From Vermamoeba vermiformis (taxonomy: Eukaryota): DNA of 64,000 nt. Made by a program: the position numbers and the translations under genes. The stretch lies in the NCBI GenBank assembly GCA_045837725.1, contig JBEWZL010000003.1, positions 372,001 through 436,000 on the forward strand, given 5' to 3'. The notes under the pieces were generated by a model that was given only the letters and a program-made list of their open reading frames with translations, did no database searches and was not told the DNA's origin. Positions within the stretch are counted from its first letter, which is position 1; every line of letters starts with the position of its first letter. Shown one piece after another: positions 11,623 through 27,328 of the stretch.

Positions 11623-13098
11623 ATGAGTAAAGACGCCACTGGCTATTATACAGTGCCAACTACAGAGGAGTACGAATTGGATTAGCTAGTTTTTTTCTTC
11701 AGCAGCTTATCTTTACGTGTGAAATCACCCATGCATTAGTACAACGTATTGTAATATTAATTAAAATGATTTAGGCAAGTAGGTGATATTGTAGACGCCT
11801 ACACAACTGAGGACGGCAATATCTCAGGCAATTACGTACGTAGATCGTGCGATTTTATCACTTTGTTCGTATAATATTCTCCTTGTACCTCTATATTATA
11901 ATTAATATTTAAGCAACGATATTTTAATCGATTACAACTAGATCTAAGAACAGAATTATAAATTCAGATCAATTTGCAGCTTTGTAGCGCTTGCTGGAGA
12001 AAAATTAATTCGTTTTCTGAAATCAAACTATTTATGCACGACATTTTATGATACTAAGGAGTCATAAAGCAGCTGTCAATCAGATTTTATTTTCCTTAGC
12101 CATCAAAACTCTAATTTTAAAGCTGATTTCATTAAAACTACAGCGTAAAGTATGGGCCATATCACCGTGGACACGCGTGCACATTCAATTCAACATTGCC
12201 AATCACGTGGCGCAATGTAAAGGTGATTGCAAAAGTCGCAGCGAATCACAGTTCTCACCGTGGAATTGCATTATTAAATGTCGCTACAGTACAGACCACT
12301 GGATGCTATCGTGTCATAAAGAGCTCCACGAAAATGCTTGTCGCCTCGTAAGATCCGAACAACAATTTTAGTTTTAGATTTTCTAATTATTTCTTTCAGA
12401 ATTACAACATAGAATTGCCTCCGTTGCCTACAAATGAGGGAGGTCTATTGTTTATTAAAGAACAGGCACAAAAAATGAAACAAAAGTACTACGAGATGAC
12501 AGATCCCGACAACTGCGGCGACATCTCGGACAAATTGGATCCAATCGTCGTGTACTGCAGACATTGTCGACACTTAGTATTGATAACTGAATATATATGT
12601 CCTGGATGTTACATGCTCAATCCACAGCAATTGTTTCAGTACTTTTCAAAGCTGCGTAAGTAGTCATCTTACGTACATTACAGATCTGTAACTTTTATTA
12701 TTAATACAGCCAATTTACTTGTCAACACTATGAGGGGCCCAGCAGATCAACAATATGCGGACTATTTGAACAAAATCATCAAAGAGAACTCACCCGAGTT
12801 GTTCAAACCACCCGCCCTGCCAGTGACCAAGATGAACCAGCCAATCAAAATCAAGCCTGAATTCGCACCAGAGACTAAACCACCTCCAATCCTAACTATG
12901 AATAATAACAATACTCTACCGAATGAGACTGTTGTTGGTGACGATGATTGCAAAATTGTGGATGCTCCGAAGAGGAAAATCGAGGACGACAACAGAAGCA
13001 GCGAGAGGTATTTTGTCATTCCCGACGAGGATGATAAGCCCGGTGAAGACGACAGCTTCTACTTTCAGAAGCGAAAGAAACAGAAGACAACGCAATGA
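11623..13098 (+). CDS. CHHC (U11-48K/GTSF1-type) zinc-finger protein with a CxxC..CxxC ribbon and a basic C-terminal NLS
   Basis: CRYSTDHWMLSCHKELHENAC fits C-x5-H-x9-H-x3-C and is preceded by a degenerate copy SPWTRVHIQFNIANHVAQC. Also CRHC..CPGC and KRKKQK. Exon joins are in frame. Confidence 0.6.
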
Positions 13099-13170
13099 AT
13101 GTATTATTAGTGTTTAAAGATAGAATTATAAAGTATACGTATTTACACGTGACCAATCGTTGCAGATTGT

Positions 13171-16100
13171 TTACTGGTCCTTCTTAGTCTGCGGGTCAGT
13201 TTCAGTGGGAGTATCGGTGGTGTTGTTGTTCGTGGGAGGAGTGGCGCCGTTCTTGTTGGCCAAGTACTTGTCGAGGGCAGTCTTGCTCACGGTGGCAGCG
13301 CTGCTCAACAACTAAAGCAAAGTATTGTTATTGACACGTGTCGCAAGGAGATGATAAAGAAGTGCACTTACAACATCGGCGATGGGACGAACAACAGGCA
13401 ACAAGAAGGGCGTCAAATTGAACTTGTAGATGATGTAGCCAGTACCTCCGAGAATGATGGCGAGAATCAAGTAGATCGGGTTGGAAATGACGGCCATGAA
13501 CTCATCGAAGCCCAAAATGAGCAACAAGATGATAAAATACAAGGGCACGGAGCTGTTGGTCTTAGCGTTCTCTTGTTCGCGCAGAGCTTGCAAGTAAGGC
13601 ACTTGAGATTGGTCGCGGAATCGCTCCAATTGCACCACAGCTTGATCGAGCGGCAAGACAACGAGTGTATCGGGCACATCAGGAGGTGTTTCGAGGGGCT
13701 CAACACCAGTCTCAGTCTCTTTGAATTGAGTCAACTTGTCGTCATCAACGTGCAATCGGACAATAGAGAACAAATCAATGAGCTTCTCAGCCTGTCAAAC
13801 ACAAACATTAGACCGTGACCTATCGTTCTTAGCTCTATCAAGCAAGCTTACGTCACGCTTAGCCTCAACGTAGATAGCCTTAATGTTGTCAGCAGGCTTC
13901 CACACGCGAGGCACACCTTGTGCATCGAGCTTGAACTTGTTGTTGAACTTGCGTTCCATGTACCAAACGATAGTTCCAGCCTTCTCGCGCATAATCTTGT
14001 TCACCATCTCAATTGCAGAATTGCGCAATTGAACTTTCTTGGCACTGATTTCTTCAGAGCTGGACTTGAAGTCTATAACCCGCATTAGTAACGTACAATA
14101 AACTTAAATAAGCACGCGTCAGGGTACCTTTCAAGTAGGACTCGAGCTTCTCTTGAGCAGAATCGACTGCAGTTTCAAAGACAGTTCTGATTTGAGACCA
14201 CATATCAGCTTCAGCACGGTCCAAGATCTTGTTCAATTGCATGCTGAGACCTTTCTCGGAGATTTTCTGCACAATTGTTAGGATTCATCTTAGCCTCGTC
14301 ACTATTGACTTACGTTGACCTCCTGCAAGATGAGAGTCATTTGGTTCTGACGCTCTTCGTTGATGCGAGTGGCGAGGAACTTCTCAAAGTCGCCCTTCAA
14401 CTCAGAAATGTCCCAGTTGAAGTGGCTGACCAAAGAGTCTGCAGCACGGGTCAGTATTTGAACTGAGTTATTTTTGAATTTGTACCTTTAACGCTCTCAT
14501 CGAACACAGTAGCAATCTCAGCACGAACGCGTTCGATGATTTCTAAGAAGTTTCTGGTAGGTTCTTTTTCCTTCAACTCCTTCTTGACGTTCTTGTTGAA
14601 CTTCTTTTGCACTTGAGCAACGCTCATCTTCATTTGATTGTTGAAAATGCCCAACAAATCAGCGCTCATTCTCTCCAACAACATGGCACGCTTCTTCTTG
14701 TTGGTCTCTTCGTGGTAACGTTGAGCTTGGTTGTCATAGCGCTCGAGAGCAACGTCAACGATCTTAGCGGCATTAGCGCCGAAGTGTTCAATCAATTGTG
14801 ATTGATTGTGAGGGGTCTTAAGAGCAGCCAACTCGTTGACGAAATAGGCGTACGATTCGTTCATAATTTCCTCGCAACGAACCATAGCAAGCATCTCCTT
14901 TTGCGTGGGCAAATCGAGATCCTTGTTCTCTTGAATGGTGTGCTGCAAGCGTATGAGTAAAATGATTAAGTAAATAGTCCGAAGTACGTACCCAGATCTC
15001 CTTAGCATAGCTGCTGAAACCGTCAGCGGGAACAGCCTTTCTGTAGCGCTTTTGCAAGATGTTCTCGGGATCAGAAGGATTCAAGAATCTCTCCTTCAAA
15101 GCAGCGGCCTTAGTTTCAAATCTTTCAGGCACGAGCACCTTGTGCGGCAAAGAAAGGAAACCAAAGTCAAAGAAGTCACTGATCTTTGAGTTCTTGTACT
15201 TCTCGGGCTTGGCAATACCTTCCCAAATAGTGTTCATATCATCGTGAATGACAGCTGTCAATCGTTCGATGGGTGTTTCTTGCTCAATGTGATCTCTGAA
15301 CATGAACAACAACAAAGTCTTGCCAGCGCTGTAAACCAGTTAGAAACTATCAATCCGACATTACAAGCACCTACTTGGCACTCTGGAACAACTGCAAGTT
15401 CAATTCGAAGACAATCTTCAACAGACCATAGTTGGCACCTTCGAAACGACCGACATCGTGCACCCACATGTTGATCATCAACACTTCAGCCAAGGCCAAA
15501 GAGAACAATGAAGTCTTGCGCTCAAAGGACTAATAGCCGACGTTAGTTATTGTGCACCACCATTGAATCATCAATACGTACTCCATGCTCTTCACCACGT
15601 TCACGTGAATCGGTACCTTCAACATCGAGTACGAGTAACTTGTACTGGTCAGTGCCAGCGTAACCGACCCACACACCCTGTGTGGTTTGTGAACGGCCGC
15701 GCTTAGCATTCATTTCTTCGAAGGAAGTCGAGAACAATCTGTTCAAGAGAGTACCTTGACATTTCGACAAAAGTTATTACGGAGACTTTGTGACAAGCGC
15801 AATAAAGGTCGTAATTGCGCATTATAATATTATGAATATGTATATTAGTACAATACTTACTTTTACCGCTGCTTTGGCAACCCAAAATAGCCACAACATA
15901 GTAATTGAAACCTTGGTCAGCAAAGCCCCATTTGTTGATTTCGGCTTGAATTGCGTCACTAAAAACTTATTATTAATATTTACACAATAAACATGAAGGA
16001 GAATAATGGCTGTAGTATTAAATTTCCCGCCATTTACCGGTCATCTACCGATCAATTGATTAAAGATTTTGTGGCGATAAATTGTATTTGCAAAATGTAA

Positions 16101-16465
16101 TACTAAATGTATTATGCAATATCAATGTTAAATAAGAAATATTTCATACAAAAAAACGAAGTTTAACGGAAAATACAATTGATCCCTTTCAAATTAAAAT
16201 AAAAATATTTGCATGAATGAGTATTGCGCAACTATAACCCCCAAAGTCAAATGGTGACATGATTTCATTGAAATAATTATTGTCCTGAAATTACGTACAT
16301 GTAATTGCCATCCTTGTCGATCATCTGACTAATAGGAGAGCCCTTCTTCTCTACAATGGCCTCTGTCTGAGAAACATTTGTTGTTTGTTGCTGTGTAGCG
16401 TCCGATTGAACAGGCGACGCTTCAGCGTGTACTTCTACGGGATTACTGGAAGGTTGATCAGCCAT
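13171..16465 (-). CDS. SEY1: SEY1/RHD3 atlastin-like ER fusion GTPase
   Basis: [59 protein letters not shown] and a C-terminal TM hairpin [16 protein letters not shown]. Confidence 0.95.
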
Positions 16466-16730
16466 GAAGATCTTCTCTTACGAATTTCCTCGTGGTTAAT
16501 TGTATTTGAAATAGAAATAAAGAACAAACTTTTGCACGTTGACCGGTCAAACAGGCCCACGTAGCAATGACACACCGAAAATTGAAAATTTTGCGCAACA
16601 TTCTCTCGCAAAAAAGTGCTAAAGCAGACCGAAAAAATTTGTTGGCTGCACGCCTGGTGATTTTACTGTGTAATGTAGAGAATGAGGACCATGCTAATCA
16701 ACCGATAATATACAAAATATACGTATTCAA

Positions 16731-18344
16731 ATGTCTCTGCCGATACAGTACCGAGACTGGAACAAATTTTCGAAGATAAGAAGGCGGCATCCCTTTGCCG
16801 TTACAAAGCCTAATGTGGATCCTCGGAAGCAGCATTGTATTAAACTCGCTGTGCTTAAGAAAATGAAGACTGAACGAGAACTGCGCGAAGAAGAGGAACG
16901 GAAGAAGCAACTGGAAGAGGAAGAGAAAAATAAAATGATAATAGAATCTTCTGACAATAATAAACCAAATAATAATGATGTAAATAATACCCAAATCAAA
17001 GAAAATAAGGAGGATAAGCCTGGCGACTCAGCACAAGCCGGCAATAATACTTCGTCGAAGATGGAGATCGAGCCGAGTGAAGCAGGAGAGCCAAAAACTG
17101 AAGACAAAAATAAAATGGACGTCGACAATAAAAGTCCTGCAAAAAATAGGCTGCTAAAGAAAGATGAGCTTCCCATCATCCAACCTCCACCCCAACCAAA
17201 AGCGATCAAGATCGACGCAATGCCCAATCTCCGAAAGCTTCAAAAAGACAGAGAAGCAAGAGAGGCTCGCGAGGCTCGAGAAAGAGGTAATAAACTCATT
17301 TATTGAATTACTGAAAACGATGAATTAATTCTTATTTAACTCGATAGAAATCCAAGAGCAGACCCAAGAACTTGAATCGATTGAAAATAAAATGAAGGAG
17401 CTCGAGATGAGGATAAATACCATGACCGATGAAAAACACAGCCTATTCAATTCCCTACGCCAATTATTAGCCGAAGATCCTCCCGAAAAGAAGAAAGAGG
17501 ACGAAGTACCACCCAACAGTAGCAATAATAATACGAGTGTTATTCTCCCCGCACAAACACCCTCGCCCTCAATATCACCCGCACCCTCACAAACTCCACC
17601 ACCCTCCCTGCATAACCTGCCTCGCAATGACTCCCGAAAGTAAGTATCGTGATACTAGGTCCCGGCTATATAATCATAATAGTAATATGAATATTAATGT
17701 TTTTATTCTTGCGTGCAGCGATGACTCAAGATCTGACGATCCGAGCGGACCACCCCACGGCTCATTACATAAGCATAATTCATACCCGAGCAATCATCCG
17801 CACTCAAGATACGGCGGTTATAATTCGTACAGTGATAGCTTCTATAGGAGGAGTAATTACAACAATTATAACTCGTACGGAGATCGAGGTTACAACAGGC
17901 CCTACAACTCTGGCGGACGAGGCTTTCATAATGTATATGCTCCTCCAATGTATATGGGCCCGGTAATTTATCTATCCCCTTATCATTATATAATGCACAC
18001 CATTTTTTTTTTGTTATTACCTAAGACGACATTTGTTCCATTTTGGGGATGATAATTACAGCTCAATATTATTTTTTATCTATATTTACTGATGCAAGTA
18101 CGTGTTCTGACGTTATATTTTAACAGCAAGGAATGTTCAATAAGCCACCGATGAACGGATCGAATGGCCCGCCAATGACAGGCAACAGTAAGTACACCAG
18201 TAGATCATATAGCAAGCACCACTTAGACGTTACATTTGCTGTGTTATCGAGCACTGAGCTGACCATTTGGTGTTGACAGGACTTCAAGGCATGTCACGAG
18301 GGCGAGGTCAAATGTATAACCATAACAACTATCCCAGAAACTAA
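16731..18344 (+). CDS. GPS2-like coiled-coil protein with a low-complexity Pro/Tyr/Gly/Asn tail
   Basis: LESIENKMKELEMRINTMTDEKHSLFNSLRQLLAED resembles the GPS2 motif EEKHQLFLQLKKVLHEE. Exons join in frame to the stop at 18344. Confidence 0.55.
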
Positions 18345-18641
18345 TGCCCAGCGCTGCATACCCCTGCACAGTGAGTGTATCTCGCGTGTCAGGTATTCAG
18401 TGCGATTTTGTGTAAAATAAATATTTTTGCGTAAGACATCTGGCTTGCAACAATATTTCCTAATGAACTGTGTTGATATAAGGGATAGCCAGACGTAAAC
18501 ATTAAGTTTGAGGCGAATATTCCGTTCATGAATAGCGTACACACAATAATTTTAATCGACGTCAGCTTTTTCGTTTCTTTCAAACTCTTCAGGTGTCAGA
18601 TTGACAACAGCTGTATATATTTATAATAATAACAAATAGAG

Positions 18642-21002
18642 ATGCGGGGGCTGTATTTGAGCCTCCTGATTGGGATTACTGTCGTGCAATTATCACTTTG
18701 TGGATTTAATGCAGGTAAACATTATGCCGATTCAGTAAAGATTTCAGTGCCTTAAATCGGTTCCTATAATTTAAATATGTATATTTGGAGTTATATTGAG
18801 GTGTAATTTTGATTTGTAAAATTATAAGGATTTTTTCTAATTTTCAAATTCTTTTAGTTTCCTCAAACAACTTACAAATAAGCGATTTGGAGCAACTATC
18901 CAAGATAGCCACTACACTCGATGAAGGTGTTGATATTGTTGGAGTTTTGCACGGGACGGCTCACTCTAATATTATGGCCGGAAACTTCGCGAAGAAAGTG
19001 AAGTTTGTCGATTCACAAGAGCTCAACGGGAGTAAGGATAGCACATCCTCATTATTATACTAATTAGTCGTTAAGTTGGGGCACACAATGGGTTTATTGT
19101 CGCATACAACGACGGCACGGATGAAGTCCTTCAGTCTTTAGTCATCAATGACGTGGCAATTTCAGAATTAAGCAAAAGGGGCACATCGTATGCTATAACC
19201 GGAAAGGCCTTGAAAGAAGGCTCTTGGTGTGGTACACCAAAAATTAACAATCATTTCTCGGCTGAATTTGAACTCAAAGACGGAAAAATCAACTGTATTC
19301 CTGAATCAGTAAGCTAACGTAATCGTTGGATGATGTCTAATATCGAGTAGGTTACTCAATCGGAATGTCCGGCTGTATTTGCCAATGAAGCTCACGTCTA
19401 CTCAAGTAAGCTTTCTTTGTTACAAGTTGCGATAACACCACGCTAACACTGATGAAAGGCATTTGTTTGGGAGCTGACCCGAAGAACAGAGACGTGAATA
19501 TAAACATCGACAGCACAACAATCACCTTGAAGTATACGAGGATCGAGGACTCGTCAATCGACTCTCTTCATTTGGTTAAAAGCGGGGCCAACTACATCTT
19601 GATTGGTTCATACCAAGGTGAAGGAGACATTTTTTTGCCGCCAACCACAAAGAAGACAGAAGGAGATCCGTAAGATAGAGTCACAATTCACTTTTAAGCC
19701 CCGATTAACGAACTTGCAGTTTGTTGCACTTGTCATCGGGCCAACACGGTCTCTTTGCGCTCCTTATCCAAGAGGGCCAAGCTGTGCACGGACTAGACAT
19801 TGTCCTTGAGCGACAGTTAATTAGACGAAGCTTCGTGCGAGTAACAGGAGAGCGCGTCATTTTCGCTAGTGTTATCGAGGGCGATGGCACCGAAATTGAA
19901 GTAGACAGTCACAAGGTCAAAGTGACAGGTAACGGCGTGTTACTGTTCGACCTCGTACCTCAACAGCATCAATTAACATCCACGGTACGTCTAATCTCGG
20001 TGATACGACCATATCCATTCTGACGCGATACAGTGGGTCGCCGCATATCCGTTCAACGCTGAACTAAGAGATTTACTAGTGCTCAATAATTACATCTTTT
20101 TATCGCATGATCAGCCTGTGTCATCTGGTATGTAAATACTACTAACAATAGCTATCTCTAAGTTTTTATTCAGTGCCGTTATTAAACATTCGAAATGTCG
20201 CCGTGTCTGTCCTGGACTTGTCCAGTGGTACGTTACTATGAACGTTAATGTGTGAACTAATCTACATGTGTTATAGACAACAAGTTCACTTTCGTACACG
20301 GTGTTACTGAGAACAATTTGACAGCTGGAGCGATCGCTGTTGATGGCACGGCATTGTTATTAACAGCCGTGAATAACGATCGCAGTTCACTGGACTTGAT
20401 GTTCAGCGAGACTTCCTTGCCAGGCACGTGATTGTCCCGGTTATAGGTTCATTAGATCGTATTCTAACCTGCCCTCATTAGAGTTCATGACGCGAAAGCC
20501 AATTGTCGAGCCACCCAAATCAACGCCCCCGCCACCTACTCCTCCACCTAATGACAAACAACCGACGTCATCGAGCACACCACCGCCACCAAAGCCACCA
20601 GTTGACCCTCCCAAGCCAGAGACCAAACCGCCAGTACCGGAGAATAAACCACCTACACCGGAGAACAAGCCACCCCCTCCACCCGAGGCCACGGAGGCCC
20701 CCAAAGAGCCTGAAAAGGTCCCAAAGGCTGAAGCTGAACCGAGTAAGTCCGGCCACACGTATCTATCGCTAGGAATGACTTGCTAACCTTCTCGTCTTAA
20801 CCCAGAGCCAGAGGTCATTAAGGACAATACAGCCACGTTCTCAACCTCGTACGTGGTGATTGCAGTTGTGGTGCTCGTAGTGTTCTTAGGCTACGTCGGC
20901 TTCAGATTTTGGAAGCAGCAGAGAGCCGATCGACAACGTCAGTATGGCCGTGTGCGCATGGAAGATCGAATTCGCGAGGAGAATGAGTTCTATAATCCTT
21001 AA
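18642..21002 (+). CDS. Type I membrane protein: signal peptide, beta-rich ectodomain, Pro-rich stalk, TM helix, short tail
   Basis: MRGLYLSLLIGITVVQLSLCG, a PPPP/ENKPP stalk at 20487-20760, TM YVVIAVVVLVVFLGYVGF and tail ..YGRV..EFYNP*. Confidence 0.75.
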
Positions 21003-21219
21003 TTACTGTAGTTAGAGGACAGTAAATCATTTTTTTATTTTCGTTTCGTGCCCACGTCGTCCCGGAGAATTTATTTGTGCAATGTTTGCTTCCATTTTTC
21101 GCTGTTGTTAAATTTTATTCAATTTGTATACTAACCAGCACAAGCGACTAAATTAATAGTATCATAGTCCCAACAGACTATCGTTAATTAAAATTGTTAA
21201 TTAGGGAACTTGTGCACGA

Positions 21220-22663
<1,444 letters not shown>

Positions 22664-23271
22664 TGTCGATTCAATCGAGCGTGTTCATCGACGAATAGAT
22701 ATTTGTGAATAATAAGATAATTATATTAATATGTAGGTAATTACGTCTGTTGTTCTCGATTGACATTCGCAAACTTCCAGAATTCCGGATTTACGGCGTT
22801 CGTAGTCATTTGCAAGGTAATATTCGAGTCTTGTTTATATCAACATTACTGCAGCCACAAATAGTAGGTTTTCATTTCTTTAATCCTTGGTTCGGTCATT
22901 TTTAACCGGCCACCGATTGGAAGGCTTGGGCTTTTGCCGTAGAGTTATTGATTCCCAATCCTTTTGTGGTACTAGTCTAATTTGTGGGCTTGGGCTATTT
23001 ATAACGCACGGGTAAAAACCAAAAATTGCAAAAAAATCGCATTGTGCCAACCCGAATCAACGGTCAAACAACACTAAGACTTTAAAAATAAAAGAGTAAG
23101 TCCTTTTGCTATTATAAGGTGTCTAACAGTTCACCATATGTTGTGGCTGTCATAAATTGGCTATTGATTTATTTGCATCATTGGTTTAAGTTCTCCAGTA
23201 AGTAGCCAAAAAAGCACGAATTGGTATCGAAGTGAAGAAGCACGGGCTGGATCCGTCGGATTTACCAAAAG

Positions 23272-25497
23272 TTAAAAGTCGTCATCATCGTCAGGAAGGA
23301 TGAATCCTTCTTCGGTTAAAAAAGGTGGCGGAATAACAGTGAGCGGTGGTGGTGGTTCGGCGTAAGCACCCATGAAGTGACTGCTCATTTGTGGCAGCTC
23401 TAAACTGACGCAACGGCCCATTTGCACGTACTCCTTGAGATCTTGGAAATTGTCCACTGCAAACGTATTAGCTAAAGCAAAATCTATCATTAAGTCAGTC
23501 ACTTACCTTTGTACACTGTTTTGTGACACTTGTCGCAATTACGTTGTAAATGCGAATCAGGGCTGGCCTTCAGATTATCCCAAAATAACGGGCACTCAAA
23601 CTCCATGGCACAATTTTCAATGCCACCCTCAGAAGAACTACTCCAACGACCTTGCACGTTATTGTACGATGAGGATTGGAATCGTCGCTTGAACATTGTG
23701 TGCCACGACTTGACTTTCAGTTTTTGGTTTTGAAAGGGGAAGTAGAGCAAGTAAAGAGACTTCCAAATGAGATTTTCCAGCGCTAACTTCGAAAATTGTT
23801 TGTTGACCTATAGAATTACAAATTATTAAGCATGAATTGACAAGTTGAGTTGCACTTACCAAGCGCAGTTCTACAGTTTGACGATGTGATTGTGAGGCTA
23901 AGAACAAACACTGCAGAGCGACTTCTGGTGGCAGCATCGAGAAATAAGCTGTTTGGTCCCTTCTGTAATCGGGAATGGTGCTGACATCGAACTTGAACGG
24001 TCCTGTCATTTTGACCACGAACTCGACCTCTGAATTTTTCGTGAACGACACTCCTGGGAAACAATCCATGCCTTTATGGATGCGCTGGGCATAGGTGCCG
24101 CAAAGCTGACCGTTGAGCGTGAAATATATCTTTCGTTGATTGTAGCTGTCGAGCAAAATACCAGCACCAACTGTGTCGCCTTCAGAGTACTTGGGGAATT
24201 TTTGCACGTTTCTTTTTGTGTTCTGCGACACCAAGCCATCGCAGCAATAGCCGAAGCTGTTCTGTTGATAGCCGAGCAGTTGATTCTGAACGAAGATCTG
24301 ATTGCCAACACCCACACTCACTTTGCCTTCTTTGTCGTTGAGCTTGGTGAAAGTCACTTCAAAGTAGGCAAATGAAGCTGGTATAATGTCGATAGTTGAC
24401 AGGTCCCAAGGTCTGTTTGAGATCAAACTTGCAGCTCTTGGACACTTGTGCAATCTTTCTTTGTTAAGTGCGAATGTAGTCTTGTAAACCAGCAGCACAG
24501 GGGCTAACAACTTCGGCTGCAGGTGAATATCTAATGACGTGTCATTTGTCACTGGCTTTGTGTGTGACGCAGCACACGTGCGACATTCAGCGTAGTCATC
24601 GCATTCGACACAACGGAGTGGATTTTCGGTACAGTCCTTACTGCAGATATTGCAGATGTAGGGGACTGTGCCGTGGTCTTTGAATCTATAACGTGCTTTG
24701 ACTGGATCGACCAGTGGGAATGGATGGTGCGGTGTTTCCTCGAAGGGCGATTCTAGCATCTCGAAGCCTCTGTGACAAGCCGAGCACAGCGTATAATCAC
24801 CGCAGAACTCGCACAGGAATGCTGTTTGAATGCGTTAGAACTCGGACTAATTTTCACGAAAATAAATTCCCCTTCAGCTTACCTTCTTGCTCTGCAGGGG
24901 TCTGGCAATTGGCGCATACTATAGTACCGTGCTCAAAAGGCAGCACTGAGGATTTGAGTATCTTTTGCAAATAAGTACGCCGATCGAAGATGACCGCTGT
25001 CAGTGGATGTGGGTGCTTTAATTGGAGTGCGTTGCGTAATGTAATGAAGTTGATCATTTCAATCCACCGACGACGTTCCTGAAATTCCAAATGAGCATCT
25101 CATATTAAGAATTGACGAGTAAGTACCTTTGACTTTTCAACAGCAAAGAGCTCAGGCTTGTTTTTCGAGCCAGGAATTATCTTAATGGCAAATACTTGGT
25201 CGACTCCTCCCCACAACATTAATGAAGTACTTGATTCAGCGGTGGTCGCTATCGATAAAGGTCCCAAATGGAAGGATTTACAGGCTACTGTTTTGGGCTG
25301 AAAATAATTAGATCTGAGCAAATGGTTTCGACGTTTTAAATTCAGTATAATGAGGAAATTACAAAACCTCCATCTGTATAGCTACTTACCAAGAGAGTCA
25401 CGAGTTCAAGCTTGCCGCTGGAATGGAGTTTGACGAGCAAGTCCTCCCACGATCCATTGATGTAATGGCGCAGATAGCCTTCTTTAACTACAGACAT
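23272..25497 (-). CDS. PH - Cys-rich/ZZ-like - SPRY - F-box - C-terminal Cys domain protein (paralog A)
   Basis: MSVVKEGYL..W (PH-like), CNIC..CVECDDYAEC, SPRY AYFEVT..SFGY..GDTVGAG..IYFTLNG, F-box LPPEVALQCL..LRLV and ENCAMEFECPLFW..CDKCHKTVY..GRCV. Confidence 0.8.
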
Positions 25498-25890
25498 GTA
25501 AAGTCGCTCGTGTTGCAATGAGCTAGATAAAGTAAAACTACTTTGACACGGTGCATTTTGTCTGCCGACGAGAGGAAAGGTTTAAGAATGTTCCTGAACT
25601 AGTCCCTATAATTTCTAAAATTTTCTAAAAATATCGCGCCGTTCGTGATCATAGAGTGATTAATTAATAAGGTAGAATTTGTTTTTTAAATTTACCAGGT
25701 TGGGAACCAATTTCGATAGATAGAAAACGAAAAAAAAATGTCCAGCGATTAGTGCCTGAACTGTTGCACTCTTACGCAAATAAGAAATCTTTTTGATTTT
25801 TGGTCAAATTTCGATTGAATTTGAGCTGTGACCGTTTGTTTCGTCGCGCGAAATAATACAGTAATTTTACTCCGTTAGCGTGTTGACAAC

Positions 25891-27157
25891 ATGAAGCACG
25901 CAATTTTTATTATCATATTGAGCCTATATTTTACTGCTGCCTTTGGGCATACCGGCATCTGTACTACCCAAAATCCGCACAGGATGCCTCAAGCTCGCGC
26001 TGGGGCCAAAGTAGCAGCGAGTTCTAATTGTATTCAAACAGATTGTGACATCGCGGCTAATAGGTAAGCACTTTAAATTTTTAGTTGTTTTTCGGAATTC
26101 AAATCCAAGAAGCAAAATTAATTAAATTTCTATTAACACTACCATCCTGAAGGGACATGTTCGTGTTAAACCCCGATTCTACTGTGTACAATGTAAGGCT
26201 TAATGTGATTTACTTTGGAAATCCAACCTCGCAAGATCTGTCTAACTACGAGCAACAAGTACGTATATTAATTGTAATATATGTTTGGTTCTAATATTTT
26301 TTAGCTGGATTACTTCCGCAGAACTTACACCAGCCTCGTCCACGTGAATTTCACCGTTAACACGCGCTTTGTAAACGACGGACCTTATCTGTCAACGGAC
26401 TCTAACGACGACACGACTCACGAACAAATGGCCAAGTCTTATTATGTCAAGGATCAGCTCACTATTCTGATCACCACATTCTCTGATAATACTGGCGATA
26501 TAATTACAGCTGGCTACTCGTTGTTGCCGCAGTCGCAGTTCACAGACTTCACGCGCTACTACATGATCTTGGACTACAGATACGCCATCAGTCCCACTGG
26601 CAACACCATCTTGCACGAGATGGGTCACGTGTTTGGTAAGACCCAGTGTTACACTGCCTGAAAGAGGTGACCTGACTCGTGTTAAACAGGTCTGCTGCAC
26701 ACCTTCACGAACACCAAATCGTGCGACAGTTGCTCTGAAAATGTCAACAGTCCTGATCTCAATGTCGTGGGCGATATGTGCAGTGATACTAAACCCGTCT
26801 CGCTCTCATTCGATTGCAACACTTTGTCACAGAGTAAGTCCTCTCCAATGCCACTCAAATCACTCGTGTTCTCATCTTCATCTCATCACAGCCACTGACT
26901 GCCAGGGCACTCAATATGGACCCATCAACACCTTGCCTCAAGACAACTACATGGCCTACACTCCCGACACCTGCCAGAACAAATTTACCAAGCAGCAAGT
27001 GTCCAGAATGCGATGCTATTTGACTACTATGAGTCACTTGAGCAACGCGGTGATTGACTTTGTTGCACCTCCTTTCTCGCTCAAGAAAGTTTCTTCCGCT
27101 ACACAGATCGGCGTTGGTGTTTCGGCTGTTGCTGCCGCAGCTATGCTTTTATTTTAA
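25891..27157 (+). CDS. Secreted M43 (pappalysin/ulilysin-like) zinc metalloprotease, possibly GPI-anchored
   Basis: Signal peptide, spliced TILHEMGHVFGLLHTF, GDMCSDT, Met-turn NYMAY..C.NKFT.QQ..RM and a hydrophobic C-terminus. Confidence 0.88.
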
Positions 27158-27328
27158 AAATAAATGTACATATCTGTTTACCTACGTTACGCAAGTGTTT
27201 TACGACCAAGACCTGTGGAATGGGAGACTAGGGCGGAAAACTTGACTATCCGTTGACCGAAGAGGCAAAATCGGTCGTTTTGTAAAGTAGTTGCAAGTAC
27301 TTCGTGGTTCGAACAACATATCACAATA

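Noticed and set aside
20500-20740. Short tandem repeats (CCACC / GAGAAYAARCCACC)
   Set aside because: These encode the Pro-rich stalk and are not a CRISPR array or satellite.
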